Both the position numbers and the translations under genes were made by a program. Of a DNA stretch of 64,000 bases, positions 55,565 to 64,000 are shown piece by piece (the first letter of the stretch is position 1; the number at the start of each line of letters is the position of its first letter). The stretch is from the NCBI GenBank assembly GCA_041601615.1, contig JBFIHX010000009.1, positions 1-64,000 of the forward strand. The letters are read 5' to 3'. The DNA comes from Thermoplasmatota archaeon. Its GTDB lineage: Archaea > Thermoplasmatota > E2 > JACPAO01 > JAHFTW01. Below the pieces are notes generated by a model. That model searched no databases. It saw only the letters and a list, made by a program, of their open reading frames with translations, and had not been told where the DNA came from.

Positions 55565-58500
55565 CTAGATTTGCCTGCCCACGCCCTTGAACTTCTCGAC
55601 GAACGCTGAGATCTTCTGGAAAACACTCTGCTTTTTGGCCCTGTATTCAGGGTTGAGGGGGCTCATTCGTGGCAGCGCGGCATTGAGTGCAGTGCCATCC
55701 TCGGTTGCGTATCCGCGCTTCAAAGACGCTTGGATGTATCGCTTCGCCTCTTCCCGATTCAGATCTTCGGCCTCGATCAGTTCCTCCAATTCGCGATTTC
55801 GCTCGGACATAGCAAAGGTGTAGAACGCGTCCATCACCGTTGCCGCGTCCGCGATTTCATCCAGATTGGTCTGATTGATGAATTCGACGATCAAGCTCTC
55901 CTTGGCCCGGTGTCCGATGCTAGCTCGAACGATTCGCCTGACTTCGTCGACTAGTGAATCCTTGTCCGTGGTCTTCTTGTTGTGCTCAAAAATGAGCTCG
56001 AGAATGTAGTCTAGGTTGATTTCTTGGGACTTCAGCAGATCAACCTCGAACACCACGCCATCCCAATCAAGAGTTGATTCAACCTTAAGCGCACCAGCCT
56101 TCTGGATTCTTAGCCATTCACGAGTGTCATTGTAGGTAGATCGATAGTCCTGCACCAGTCTTTCTGAGAGAACCTCGGTTTCCTGCATTGCCTTGATGTC
56201 ATCGTCGCCCAAATGATGCTTCGCCTTGAATGCTTCAACCGCGTCATCATCAGATTGATTGATTGATTTCAATGCATTTAGGCTGGTAAACTCGTCATAG
56301 TTGCGAAGAACGTTCTCGACCTTCAGATATTCGCTAAAAAGTTTCACGAAGTCCTTTTTGTCTTTTTCCTTGACAATTTCACTAGGATTCGGAAAGCGAT
56401 TGTGAAGCTCGCTTACAATTTCCACATAACCACGACATGCCTTTCCCGTGGTAATGTCCGTGAATCCCCCCATGTATTCTTTGTAGCTCTTTTCCAACAC
56501 CACGTTTTTAGTGCTCGCGTTGCCAAACAGGGTGATGGCATCCACCGTGTTCTTCTCCAGGTCCCGAAACGTCACGATATTGCCGAACGTCTTCGTGGCG
56601 TCGTAGATGCGGTTGGTGCGAGAGAATGCTTGGACGAGCCCGTGATATCGGAGATTCTTGTCGACGAATAGCGTGTTTAGGGTCTGCGCATCAAAGCCCG
56701 TCAGGAACATGCCCACCACGATGAGCAAATCCACTTCCTGATTCTTCACACGCTTGGCCAAGTCCCGGTAGTAGTTTTGGAAGCCCTTGCTATCGACGCC
56801 GAAGTTGGTCTGGAACAATGAGTTATAGTCGCCGATTGCCACATCAAGGAATTCCTTAGCCGTGCTATTCAGGGCAGAAACTTCGAAGCTCTCATCGGCA
56901 ATGTCCCCGACGGCATCCTGTTCCTCGTTGGCGGCGAAGGAGAAAATGGTGGCGACCTTGAGTCGCTTATTTTCATCTACGTCTGCTTGCAGCTTCCCGA
57001 TGGTTTCGTAGTAGGCTTTGGCGGCGTCAACGCTGCTCACGGCAAACATGGCGTTGAACCCCTTGGCCCCCATGTGTGCGCGATGCGTTTTGAAGGCGAA
57101 GTTCTTGAGAATGTAACTCGAAATTTCGTGAATCCGATCCGGGTGAAGGAGGATTTGCTTATTTTCCGCGGCAGTGAGCTTCTTTTCGTCCTGCTCCGCT
57201 TCGATTGATTTGAACTGAGGTCGGACATCGTTGTAGTCTACCTTGAACTTCAGCACTTTTTCGTCGCGAATTGCGTCAGTGATAACGTATGAATGGAGTT
57301 CGCGCCCGAAGACGCTCCCGGTGGTAGCGGAGCCGAGCGCATTTTCCGGGAAGATTGGCGTTCCCGTGAAACCAAACTGATAATATTTTTTGAATTTATT
57401 TTTGAGATTCTTCTGTGCTTCACCGAATTGGCTGCGGTGGCATTCATCGAAGATGAAAACGACCTGCTTGTTGTAGATGGAAAGATCGTCTCCCCAACGC
57501 AGTAGGTTGTTGAGCTTCTGGATGGTCGTGACGATGATCTTGTTGTCGTCCTTGTCGATGTTGCGTTTCAGTCCCGCAGTAGATTCGGAGCCATTGACGC
57601 TATCGGGGGAGAAGCGCTGGTACTCCTTCATTGTCTGGTAGTCGAGGTCTTTGCGATCGACTACGAAGAACACTTTGTCGACAAAATCCAAATCGGTTGC
57701 CAAGCGCGCGGCCTTGAAGCTGGTGAGGGTCTTTCCAGACCCCGTGGTGTGCCAAATGTAGCCACCACCATCGGCCTTGCTCCAATCCTTCGCATGGTAG
57801 GAACTCTTGATTTTCCAGAGAATCCGCTCCGTGGCCGCAATTTGGTAGGGTCGCATGACAAGCAAGGTATCGTCCGCGCCAAAGACGGAATACTTCAGCA
57901 GGACTTCCAATAGCGTGTGCTTCTGGAAGAAGGTGGCAGTGAAATCCTTTAGGTCTTTGATCAGTGTGTTGTCCGACTTGGCCCAGTTCATAGTGAAGTC
58001 GTAGCTACTCTTGTCGCGCTTCGTCGTGTTGGCAAAGTAGCGGGTATCCGTGCCGTTGGAAATCACGAACAACTGCAAGAACTTGTAGAGCGAATTTTCG
58101 GAATTGAAGCTCTCCTTGCTATAGCGGTGTACCTGGTTGAAGGCTTCGCGAATAGCCACGCCTCGCTTCTTTAGCTCAACCTGTACAAGGGGCAAGCCAT
58201 TCACGAGAATGGTGACGTCGTAACGATTGGCGTGGCTTCCGGATTGTTCGAATTGTTTGATGACCTGAAGCTTGTTGTTGATGACGTTCTTCTTGTCGAG
58301 GAGATAGATGTTCTCGATGTGCCCGTCGTCAAACACGAAGTCATGAATGTAATCTTCGTGAATTTTTCGAGCCTTGTCCATGCTGTTTTCGTTGGCAGGG
58401 TCCAGGTACTTGTCGACAAATCGCACCCATTCTTCGTGGCTGAACTCCACGTCGTTGAGTGCCTCAATCTGCTTGCGCGCGTTGTCAAACATGGCCTCTC

Positions 58501-58669
58501 GTGTACGGATTTCGGGTTCGTACGAGTATCCCTGGGCCACTAGGTCGCGGATGAATTCACGCTCAAGGGCGCCCTCGCTCTGGTAGTCGTCGTTGCCTTC
58601 GACAGCCCGTTCGTAGGTGTCCAGGACGATGTAGTTCGGCGTTTCAGCGATGGTCTTGTGGTCATGCAT
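55565..58669 (-). CDS. hsdR: Type I restriction endonuclease subunit R (EcoR124I/type IC-like)
   Basis: [50 protein letters not shown]. Confidence 0.96.
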   Translation of the reverse strand: MHDHKTIAETPNYIVLDTYERAVEGNDDYQSEGALEREFIRDLVAQGYSYEPEIRTREAMFDNARKQIEALNDVEFSHEEWVRFVDKYLDPANENSMDKARKIHEDYIHDFVFDDGHIENIYLLDKKNVINNKLQVIKQFEQSGSHANRYDVTILVNGLPLVQVELKKRGVAIREAFNQVHRYSKESFNSENSLYKFLQLFVISNGTDTRYFANTTKRDKSSYDFTMNWAKSDNTLIKDLKDFTATFFQKHTLLEVLLKYSVFGADDTLLVMRPYQIAATERILWKIKSSYHAKDWSKADGGGYIWHTTGSGKTLTSFKAARLATDLDFVDKVFFVVDRKDLDYQTMKEYQRFSPDSVNGSESTAGLKRNIDKDDNKIIVTTIQKLNNLLRWGDDLSIYNKQVVFIFDECHRSQFGEAQKNLKNKFKKYYQFGFTGTPIFPENALGSATTGSVFGRELHSYVITDAIRDEKVLKFKVDYNDVRPQFKSIEAEQDEKKLTAAENKQILLHPDRIHEISSYILKNFAFKTHRAHMGAKGFNAMFAVSSVDAAKAYYETIGKLQADVDENKRLKVATIFSFAANEEQDAVGDIADESFEVSALNSTAKEFLDVAIGDYNSLFQTNFGVDSKGFQNYYRDLAKRVKNQEVDLLIVVGMFLTGFDAQTLNTLFVDKNLRYHGLVQAFSRTNRIYDATKTFGNIVTFRDLEKNTVDAITLFGNASTKNVVLEKSYKEYMGGFTDITTGKACRGYVEIVSELHNRFPNPSEIVKEKDKKDFVKLFSEYLKVENVLRNYDEFTSLNALKSINQSDDDAVEAFKAKHHLGDDDIKAMQETEVLSERLVQDYRSTYNDTREWLRIQKAGALKVESTLDWDGVVFEVDLLKSQEINLDYILELIFEHNKKTTDKDSLVDEVRRIVRASIGHRAKESLIVEFINQTNLDEIADAATVMDAFYTFAMSERNRELEELIEAEDLNREEAKRYIQASLKRGYATEDGTALNAALPRMSPLNPEYRAKKQSVFQKISAFVEKFKGVGRQI

Positions 58670-59780
58670 CCGGCTTGGCCTCCTTCCAGTACGAGAAGTT
58701 GTTAACCAAGTGGTCAAGGAGGAACTTCACCATCTCCCGCTCCGGTGCAGTTGGTTCCGAGATTTCTTCGTTGGACAGCGTATTGTGTGGATAGAAGTTC
58801 ATGACGCGCGTGGCGTACGTTTTTTGATCATCTGGCAAGAGGTCGGACCAGCGAGGGTAGCCTAGGAAGTTGGCGGTTTTCTCGTAAAGGTTGCGCAGCA
58901 GGGCGAAATGATACCGCTGGACAGTGGCTGTTGCGATTGCTTCCGATATTAGCCTCTTGATGTGTAGATGGTAGGAGAAGCTCGTGTTGGAATCACCCTT
59001 CTTTTCTTCAAGGGCGAACCCATTCTCTGTCTTGCTCAGGATGAAGCCAGTCTTAGCGCCGATTTCGTTGTAGAAGACGTTGTAGAATAGCGGACTATGG
59101 GTGGAGATGATGAACTTCAGTCGGCTCGAACTCTGTTTTATAGTGCTAGCCAGACTGACCGCCAGTTGGATTAGGTGGTTTTCATCGAGACTACTTACCG
59201 GATCATCGATCAAGATGTACTCAAGTTCGTTGAATTGGTTCGTGGGCCGATCCTCTGGTTCAACAACATTCAGGGTTAGAACCACTTCGTCGAGTATGGC
59301 TTCGAACATGCTCCAAATGAAGTTGCTCTCTTCCCCCTTTGATATCTTGATGTGCTTCTCAGGCTCCTCGTTTCCACGTTGAAGTGAAAAGGTCACTTCG
59401 GAGAAGTCCTGGTTGAATTCTGGCGTCAGCTTGTCATTCGTGTAACGCTGAAAGTTGGCGACAACGTTGCGGTCCTGGCCCTGTTCGACCAGAGCCCACT
59501 GGGTGAACGTATTCGGCTGTATCACGAGCTTCGGGGAGAGGTCGTCCGTCAAGTCGTTGTCCCAATAGAACAAGTCTTCCGTGAACGCATTGTAGTACAG
59601 AATCTTGGAGCGGGGGGAGTCGCCTTCTTCGCCTTCTTCGCCGGCATCCTTCGGCGCAATGAGGTTCTTGAATTCGCGCGAAAGCCTTGTTTTTCCGCTA
59701 CCATTGAAAGCGTAAATCAATTGCACTTTCTTGGGGCTCTTGCGAAGCGCTTCGGCGATTTTGCCCAGTGTCTGGCTCAT
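58662..59780 (-). CDS. prrC: PrrC-like anticodon nuclease (ABC ATPase + HEPN)
   Basis: [12 protein letters not shown] Walker [38 protein letters not shown] and NFYPH; located between hsdS and hsdR. Confidence 0.88.
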   Translation of the reverse strand: MSQTLGKIAEALRKSPKKVQLIYAFNGSGKTRLSREFKNLIAPKDAGEEGEEGDSPRSKILYYNAFTEDLFYWDNDLTDDLSPKLVIQPNTFTQWALVEQGQDRNVVANFQRYTNDKLTPEFNQDFSEVTFSLQRGNEEPEKHIKISKGEESNFIWSMFEAILDEVVLTLNVVEPEDRPTNQFNELEYILIDDPVSSLDENHLIQLAVSLASTIKQSSSRLKFIISTHSPLFYNVFYNEIGAKTGFILSKTENGFALEEKKGDSNTSFSYHLHIKRLISEAIATATVQRYHFALLRNLYEKTANFLGYPRWSDLLPDDQKTYATRVMNFYPHNTLSNEEISEPTAPEREMVKFLLDHLVNNFSYWKEAKPDA

Positions 59781-59781
59781 G

Positions 59782-61047
59782 TCAGGCAGCAGCCTCCGCG
59801 TGTGGTTTCGGGAATTTTAGGAGCAAATCGCGGTAGTATTCGTACTGTTTCCGCCGCAGTTCAATTTCTCGGGGGAGGCCTTCCGTGATGGAACTCGCCA
59901 TTCCCTCAAACTTGGCCAGAACGCCGGCGATACGTTGCTGTTCCGAAAGAGGTGGGAATGGCAACCGCAGAGACTCAAAGGTGCCGAGGTTAATGTTGTC
60001 CTGTGCGCTACCTGAGCTCTTGGACTGCACTCTTTGCTTCCAGGATGCCAATAGATATTCCACATAATCAGGGTTTGCTTTCCGAGGGTCGGCCACAAAT
60101 CCAATTACGCTATCGGGGAAACACGCATCAAACCCCAGAATTGTGGTTTCGGCTATGTTCGCCGCGATGGTAATGCACACGGTGCCCTTGGGCCACAACT
60201 TGCTCTGCTGCAGTCCAAATTCGGTATATGTCTGTGAATAGTGATCAATTTGGTGCGGCGCGTTTCGAATATCACCCGTTTGAATGAACGGAATATCGCC
60301 GCCGTAGAGACGAGCATCATTTCGAGGACGATGTTTCGATTTACCCCGCCCGAATTCCTTCGCAACGTCTCGAAGCGTTTTCCACTCGACTTCCCCTTCC
60401 TCAAACGTCAGCAGTTGGTCGCGGTAATGGCTATATTGCTTCTCGCGGGCGGTTAGCTCGGTGGTTAGCTCGGTGGTTAGCTCGGTGGTTAGCTCCGTGA
60501 AGGTGTCGAGGATGCGGACGATTTCGTTTTGGATGGCCAGGGATTTTTCGGGGTCGGCGGGGCAGGGAATGGGAACCCGCATCTTGGCCAGACTATCCTT
60601 GGATATGCGCCGAACCTTAGCACCCGTGATGTGCTTCCCCTTCTGGCTTTGGAATTCTTGCGTTAGAAAACAGTAAGCTAGGTACTTGACATTCTGTTTG
60701 TGTCTGAATAGCATCATGTCCCCCGAGATGGCTACGTCGCCCCCGTGCCACGCCAGAGGCTTCAGCAGATCCTCGTCATTCTCCGAAGTCGTAGCAATAA
60801 GGAGGTCGTTCTTGGCAGCGATGCGTAGATTTGGTGGGACGGGTTCGGAAACGTACGAATGGCTTGTGCTGGCTGACAAGGAGTATTTCGTGTACAGTTG
60901 TCCGTAGTGGATTGCTGGAAACCCATGGGCAACCAGATTTTTTTTTTGCAAGCCATTTCCACGGACGACCTCTCCAAGGTCTCCCAGCGCCATATAAGTC
61001 GTCTCTGCACCGTCCAGTAACCTGATCAGAAAATCGACGTGAGTCAT
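59782..61047 (-). CDS. hsdS: Type I restriction-modification specificity subunit
   Basis: Two TRDs, central TEL-type repeats, C-terminal [21 protein letters not shown]. Confidence 0.95.
   Translation of the reverse strand: MTHVDFLIRLLDGAETTYMALGDLGEVVRGNGLQKKNLVAHGFPAIHYGQLYTKYSLSASTSHSYVSEPVPPNLRIAAKNDLLIATTSENDEDLLKPLAWHGGDVAISGDMMLFRHKQNVKYLAYCFLTQEFQSQKGKHITGAKVRRISKDSLAKMRVPIPCPADPEKSLAIQNEIVRILDTFTELTTELTTELTTELTAREKQYSHYRDQLLTFEEGEVEWKTLRDVAKEFGRGKSKHRPRNDARLYGGDIPFIQTGDIRNAPHQIDHYSQTYTEFGLQQSKLWPKGTVCITIAANIAETTILGFDACFPDSVIGFVADPRKANPDYVEYLLASWKQRVQSKSSGSAQDNINLGTFESLRLPFPPLSEQQRIAGVLAKFEGMASSITEGLPREIELRRKQYEYYRDLLLKFPKPHAEAAA
60451..60498 (-). repeat. 12-bp tandem repeat in the hsdS spacer
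   Basis: GGTTAGCTCGGT x3 plus GGTTAGCTCCGT, encoding [16 protein letters not shown]. Confidence 0.95.
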
Positions 61048-62600
61048 GTGCCCTCCCCTTCAATTTCCGAAACGATTGCGTCGATGTCCTTCCGAAGCAT
61101 GTTAATCTTGGCGACCGTGGCGCCAATCTCCGCGTTAAGCTCGGCGATGTTGATGACTTCGCGGGTGTCTTTGGCTTCGACGTAGGAACTGACAGAGAGG
61201 TTGTAGTCGTTCTCGGCAATCTTCTCGATGCGCACCGAATGGGCGACGTGATCCACGTTTTCCTTGGCATCGAAGAGTTTGACAATCTCATCAACGTGGG
61301 CATCCGTCAGGAAATTGTTGTTCGTGCCTTTTTGAAAGAAGCCATCGCCTGATGCATCGATGAATTGGACCTTGGTGTCCGTTTTGTGCTTAGAAAGCAC
61401 GAGGATATTCACGGCAATCGTTGTGCCGTAGAACAGGTTCGGAGCAAGGGAGATGACGGTCTCTACGAAATTGTTGTCTACCAGATATTGACGAATCTTC
61501 TTCTCCGCTCCACCCCGGTAGAAGATTCCAGGGAAGCACACGATAGCGGCGCGGCCTTTGGGGGAAAGGTAATTGAGGCAGTGCAGGACGAACGCGAAGT
61601 CGGCCTTCGAGTTGGGCGCCAAGACACCGGCAGGGGCAAAGCGGTCGTCATTGATCAAGGTGGGATCGGCGTTGCCAATCCAATTGATGGAGTACGGGGG
61701 ATTCGAGACGATGACGTCAAACGGCTTGTCGCGCCTGAAATGTGGCTCCGTCAGCGTGTTGCCCAAGCGGATGTGGAACTTGTCATAATTCACATTGTGC
61801 AGGAACATGTTCATCCGGGCTAAGTTGAACGTAGTGTGATTGATTTCCTGGCCGAAGAACCCCTCATCGACTAGGTGGTCGTCCCTGCGTTTTTTCGCTT
61901 GCAGCAGGAGCGAACCGGAGCCCGCTGCCGGATCGTACACCTTGTTTACGGTTGTCAGGCCGTGGATGGCAAGTTCAGCGATGAGTTTGGAAACATGTTG
62001 AGGTGTGAAAAACTCGCCACCGGATTTGCCCGCGTTGGCCGCATAGTTGCCAATCAGGTATTCATACGCGTCTCCAAACAGGTCGATTTCACTGTCCTCC
62101 AAGTTCCCGAAGTCGAGGTCATTGACGCCCTTCAAGACCTTGCAAAGTCGGTCGTTCTTGTCCCTGACCGTCCTGCCAAGCCGATTGCTCGTTGTGTCGA
62201 AGTCATCGAACAGTCCCTTGATCGCTTCCTCCGAAGCGTACCCCATCGCCGAGCCCTCGATTGAGTCAAAGATTGCCTTGAGATCTGTGTTGAGATTATC
62301 GTTTCTGGCTGCGTCGGCCACAACGTTGGAAAACAGTTGGCTTGGGTAAATGAAGTACCCTTTCGTTTTGATTGCATCAACCTTGATGTCGTCGGTGATG
62401 ACTTCGTCACCAAGGTCAGCATAGTTGATGCACTCATCGCCAGCTTCGATATACCGTGCGAAATTCTCGCTAATGAACCGGTAGAATAGCGCACCCAGCA
62501 CATACTGCTTGAAGTCCCACCCATCGACCGCTCCGCGAACCTCGTTTGCAATCTGCCAGATACGTCGTTTCAGTTCGTCGAATTGCTGCTTGCCCGTCAT
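61044..62600 (-). CDS. hsdM: Type I restriction-modification methyltransferase subunit
   Basis: [21 protein letters not shown]. Confidence 0.97.
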   Translation of the reverse strand: MTGKQQFDELKRRIWQIANEVRGAVDGWDFKQYVLGALFYRFISENFARYIEAGDECINYADLGDEVITDDIKVDAIKTKGYFIYPSQLFSNVVADAARNDNLNTDLKAIFDSIEGSAMGYASEEAIKGLFDDFDTTSNRLGRTVRDKNDRLCKVLKGVNDLDFGNLEDSEIDLFGDAYEYLIGNYAANAGKSGGEFFTPQHVSKLIAELAIHGLTTVNKVYDPAAGSGSLLLQAKKRRDDHLVDEGFFGQEINHTTFNLARMNMFLHNVNYDKFHIRLGNTLTEPHFRRDKPFDVIVSNPPYSINWIGNADPTLINDDRFAPAGVLAPNSKADFAFVLHCLNYLSPKGRAAIVCFPGIFYRGGAEKKIRQYLVDNNFVETVISLAPNLFYGTTIAVNILVLSKHKTDTKVQFIDASGDGFFQKGTNNNFLTDAHVDEIVKLFDAKENVDHVAHSVRIEKIAENDYNLSVSSYVEAKDTREVINIAELNAEIGATVAKINMLRKDIDAIVSEIEGEGT

Positions 62601-62730
62601 GTGGATGTCCCTGGTCCCTGTGGTGCAGAATCGCTAGACTAAGTAGTCCAGGACGGACGCCACCACCTCGGTCGCACTCGGCGAGACGATGGCAACCTCT
62701 TGTGCTGCAAGGTCTCGTACTGCCCCGGGT

Positions 62731-62866
62731 GCTTAAATAGGTTGGAAATCGCGAACCCCGGGCGGGCTTTGCTCAGGCAAAACGGCGTGTCGATTCGAAC
62801 TGACCTGCCGCACGCGAGGCGATCCTGCAAGCAAAGCGGGCGGTCGGGTTGAGTGCCTTGTTCGGA
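62731..62866 (-). mobile_element. Integron attC-like site 2 (136 nt, degenerate)
   Basis: Minus strand reads TCCGAAC-AAGGC-ACTCAACC, a long hairpin (GCTTTGCT/AGCAAAGC), GGTTCGC, then TTTAAGC; 17/18 identity with site 1 over the R''/L'' region. Confidence 0.65.
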
Positions 62867-62918
62867 GTGCGAGGCGATGGGTGTTGCACCAACAGCGTTC
62901 CCTAAACCCACACCAATC

Positions 62919-62953
62919 TATAAGTAGGCATAGCACACTATAGCGTACTATAC
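62919..62953 (+). promoter_or_regulatory. TATA promoter and repeated operator of the TA operon
   Basis: TATAAG about 30 nt before the ATG; tandem ATAGCACACT/ATAGCGTACT. Confidence 0.6.
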
Positions 62954-63184
62954 ATGAGCACCACAATCCAGGTATCCGACCAGCTCAAGGAGCGCCTCAC
63001 CCGTCTCAAAAAGCACCCTCGCCAACCGTACGGTGAAGTCATCGCTGAAGCCATCGACTACCTCGAAGAAGACGAAATGGAACTCAGCCCCAACTCCAAA
63101 CGCGCCCTCACCGAAGCCCGCAAAGAATTCAAAGCCGGCCAAACCAAGAGCATGGCCGACATGCGACGCGAACTCGGACTCTGA
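62954..63184 (+). CDS. Antitoxin (ribbon-helix-helix-like)
   Basis: TTIQVS...L..LK..PR..Y.EVI N-terminus, acidic C-terminus, coupled to RelE. Confidence 0.85.
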   Translation: MSTTIQVSDQLKERLTRLKKHPRQPYGEVIAEAIDYLEEDEMELSPNSKRALTEARKEFKAGQTKSMADMRRELGL

Positions 63185-63432
63185 TGTTCAAAGTCGAATT
63201 CAGCAAACGCGCCCAGAAAGAATTGACCTCCTTAGAACGCGGCGACCAGATTCGAGTCCTGAAAAAACTCGAGGCCGCCGCCAAAGATCCCGCAAGACTC
63301 TTCATGCCCCTAAAAGGCGTCAATGGGTTTCGAATGCGCGTCGGAGACTTGCGAGTTATTGCAGACATCCTCGCCGCCAATCAAACCATTATCATAGCCA
63401 CCATCGGCAAACGCGAGAATATTTACAAGTAA
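63184..63432 (+). CDS. relE: RelE/ParE family toxin
   Basis: VEFSKRAQKEL, FRMRVGDLRVI, IGKRENIY. Confidence 0.92.
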   Translation: MFKVEFSKRAQKELTSLERGDQIRVLKKLEAAAKDPARLFMPLKGVNGFRMRVGDLRVIADILAANQTIIIATIGKRENIYK

Positions 63433-63498
63433 ACTAAAGCCCTGCTGTCGCCGAACTCGCACCCCGTTTTCCCCAACAATCCCCCGCCCGAAACCCCC

Positions 63499-64000
63499 TC
63501 AATGCACAATCCTTCGCTTCATTCCCCGCACCGCCAGCGCCGGCAACACAAATGCAAACACGGCAACGTACAGCAGACTCCAGGGAGCTATCGGCCCCCA
63601 CGATCCAAGCGCGGCACCTCGAACCAGCTGCACGGCATGGGTCAATGGCAGTGCCATGGCAATCCATTGCGCGACGCGTGGCAGTTGCTCCAGTGGGAAG
63701 AAGGTCCCGGAGAACAGGAATTGCGGCGTGATGAACAGGAAGAAGGAGTAGCTGAAGTGGTCGATGACGCGGACTTTGCTGGAGACGTAGAGTCCGATGC
63801 CGCCGAACATCATGGCGATGGCGAAGGCGAAGATGGGAATCAGGAAGGCGGTGGGGTAGCTTAGGAGTCCGAATCCGGCGACGACGAAGCACATGAGTGT
63901 GGCGTTGATGGTGGCGCGTAGGGCGGCCCAGAGCACTTCGCCCCAGAGAATGTCGGTGGGGCTGAGTGGGGTTGCCATGACGGCGTCCCAGGTTTTTTGG
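63499..64000 (-). CDS. ABC-2 transporter permease (NodJ-like), 5' part outside the window
   Basis: TPL...DILWGE, FLFSGTFFPL, PLTHAV. Confidence 0.88.
   Translation of the reverse strand, partial: QKTWDAVMATPLSPTDILWGEVLWAALRATINATLMCFVVAGFGLLSYPTAFLIPIFAFAIAMMFGGIGLYVSSKVRVIDHFSYSFFLFITPQFLFSGTFFPLEQLPRVAQWIAMALPLTHAVQLVRGAALGSWGPIAPWSLLYVAVFAFVLPALAVRGMKRRIVH

Noticed and set aside
62657-62885. Independent multibranch ncRNA upstream of hsdM
   Set aside because: Most of the pairing is explained by the attC-like site 2 hairpin; the residual stems (TCGCACTC/GAGTGCGA, CGAGAC/GTCTCG) are too few to call separately.

Overview
GC-rich archaeal chromosomal window, most likely Thermoplasmatota. This is inferred from an RPA with OB folds, a COG1340-type coiled-coil protein, a tRNA without encoded CCA, TATA-led leaderless genes and a PdxS insertion. 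Core content: RPA, tRNA-Arg(CCT), a small glycosylation cluster, an FAD/ferredoxin oxidoreductase, dnaJ, sfsA, an SQR-like flavoprotein, an aldehyde dehydrogenase, osmC, pdxS/pdxT, tldD/pmbA, an MMPL transporter and many lipobox proteins. Five things stand out. (1) A translationally coupled Lgt-like transferase and tetraether-synthase(Tes/MJ0619)-like radical SAM enzyme, followed by three paralogous 3-TM proteins ending in a conserved T/S-C-F cysteine; this is a candidate undescribed lipid-protein modification system. (2) Two integron attC-like sites delimiting a bacterial-like type IC restriction-modification + PrrC anticodon nuclease cassette and an inverted RelE toxin-antitoxin cassette, with no integrase in the window. 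(3) A ~305 nt densely structured intergenic segment that may be an ncRNA. (4) A ~12 kb accessory island of secreted Cys-rich proteins, lipoproteins and winged-helix regulators. (5) REP-like hairpin repeats at gene 3' ends that carry recoded duplicates of the last codons. All calls come from motif reading by eye; no database searches or folding computations were run.
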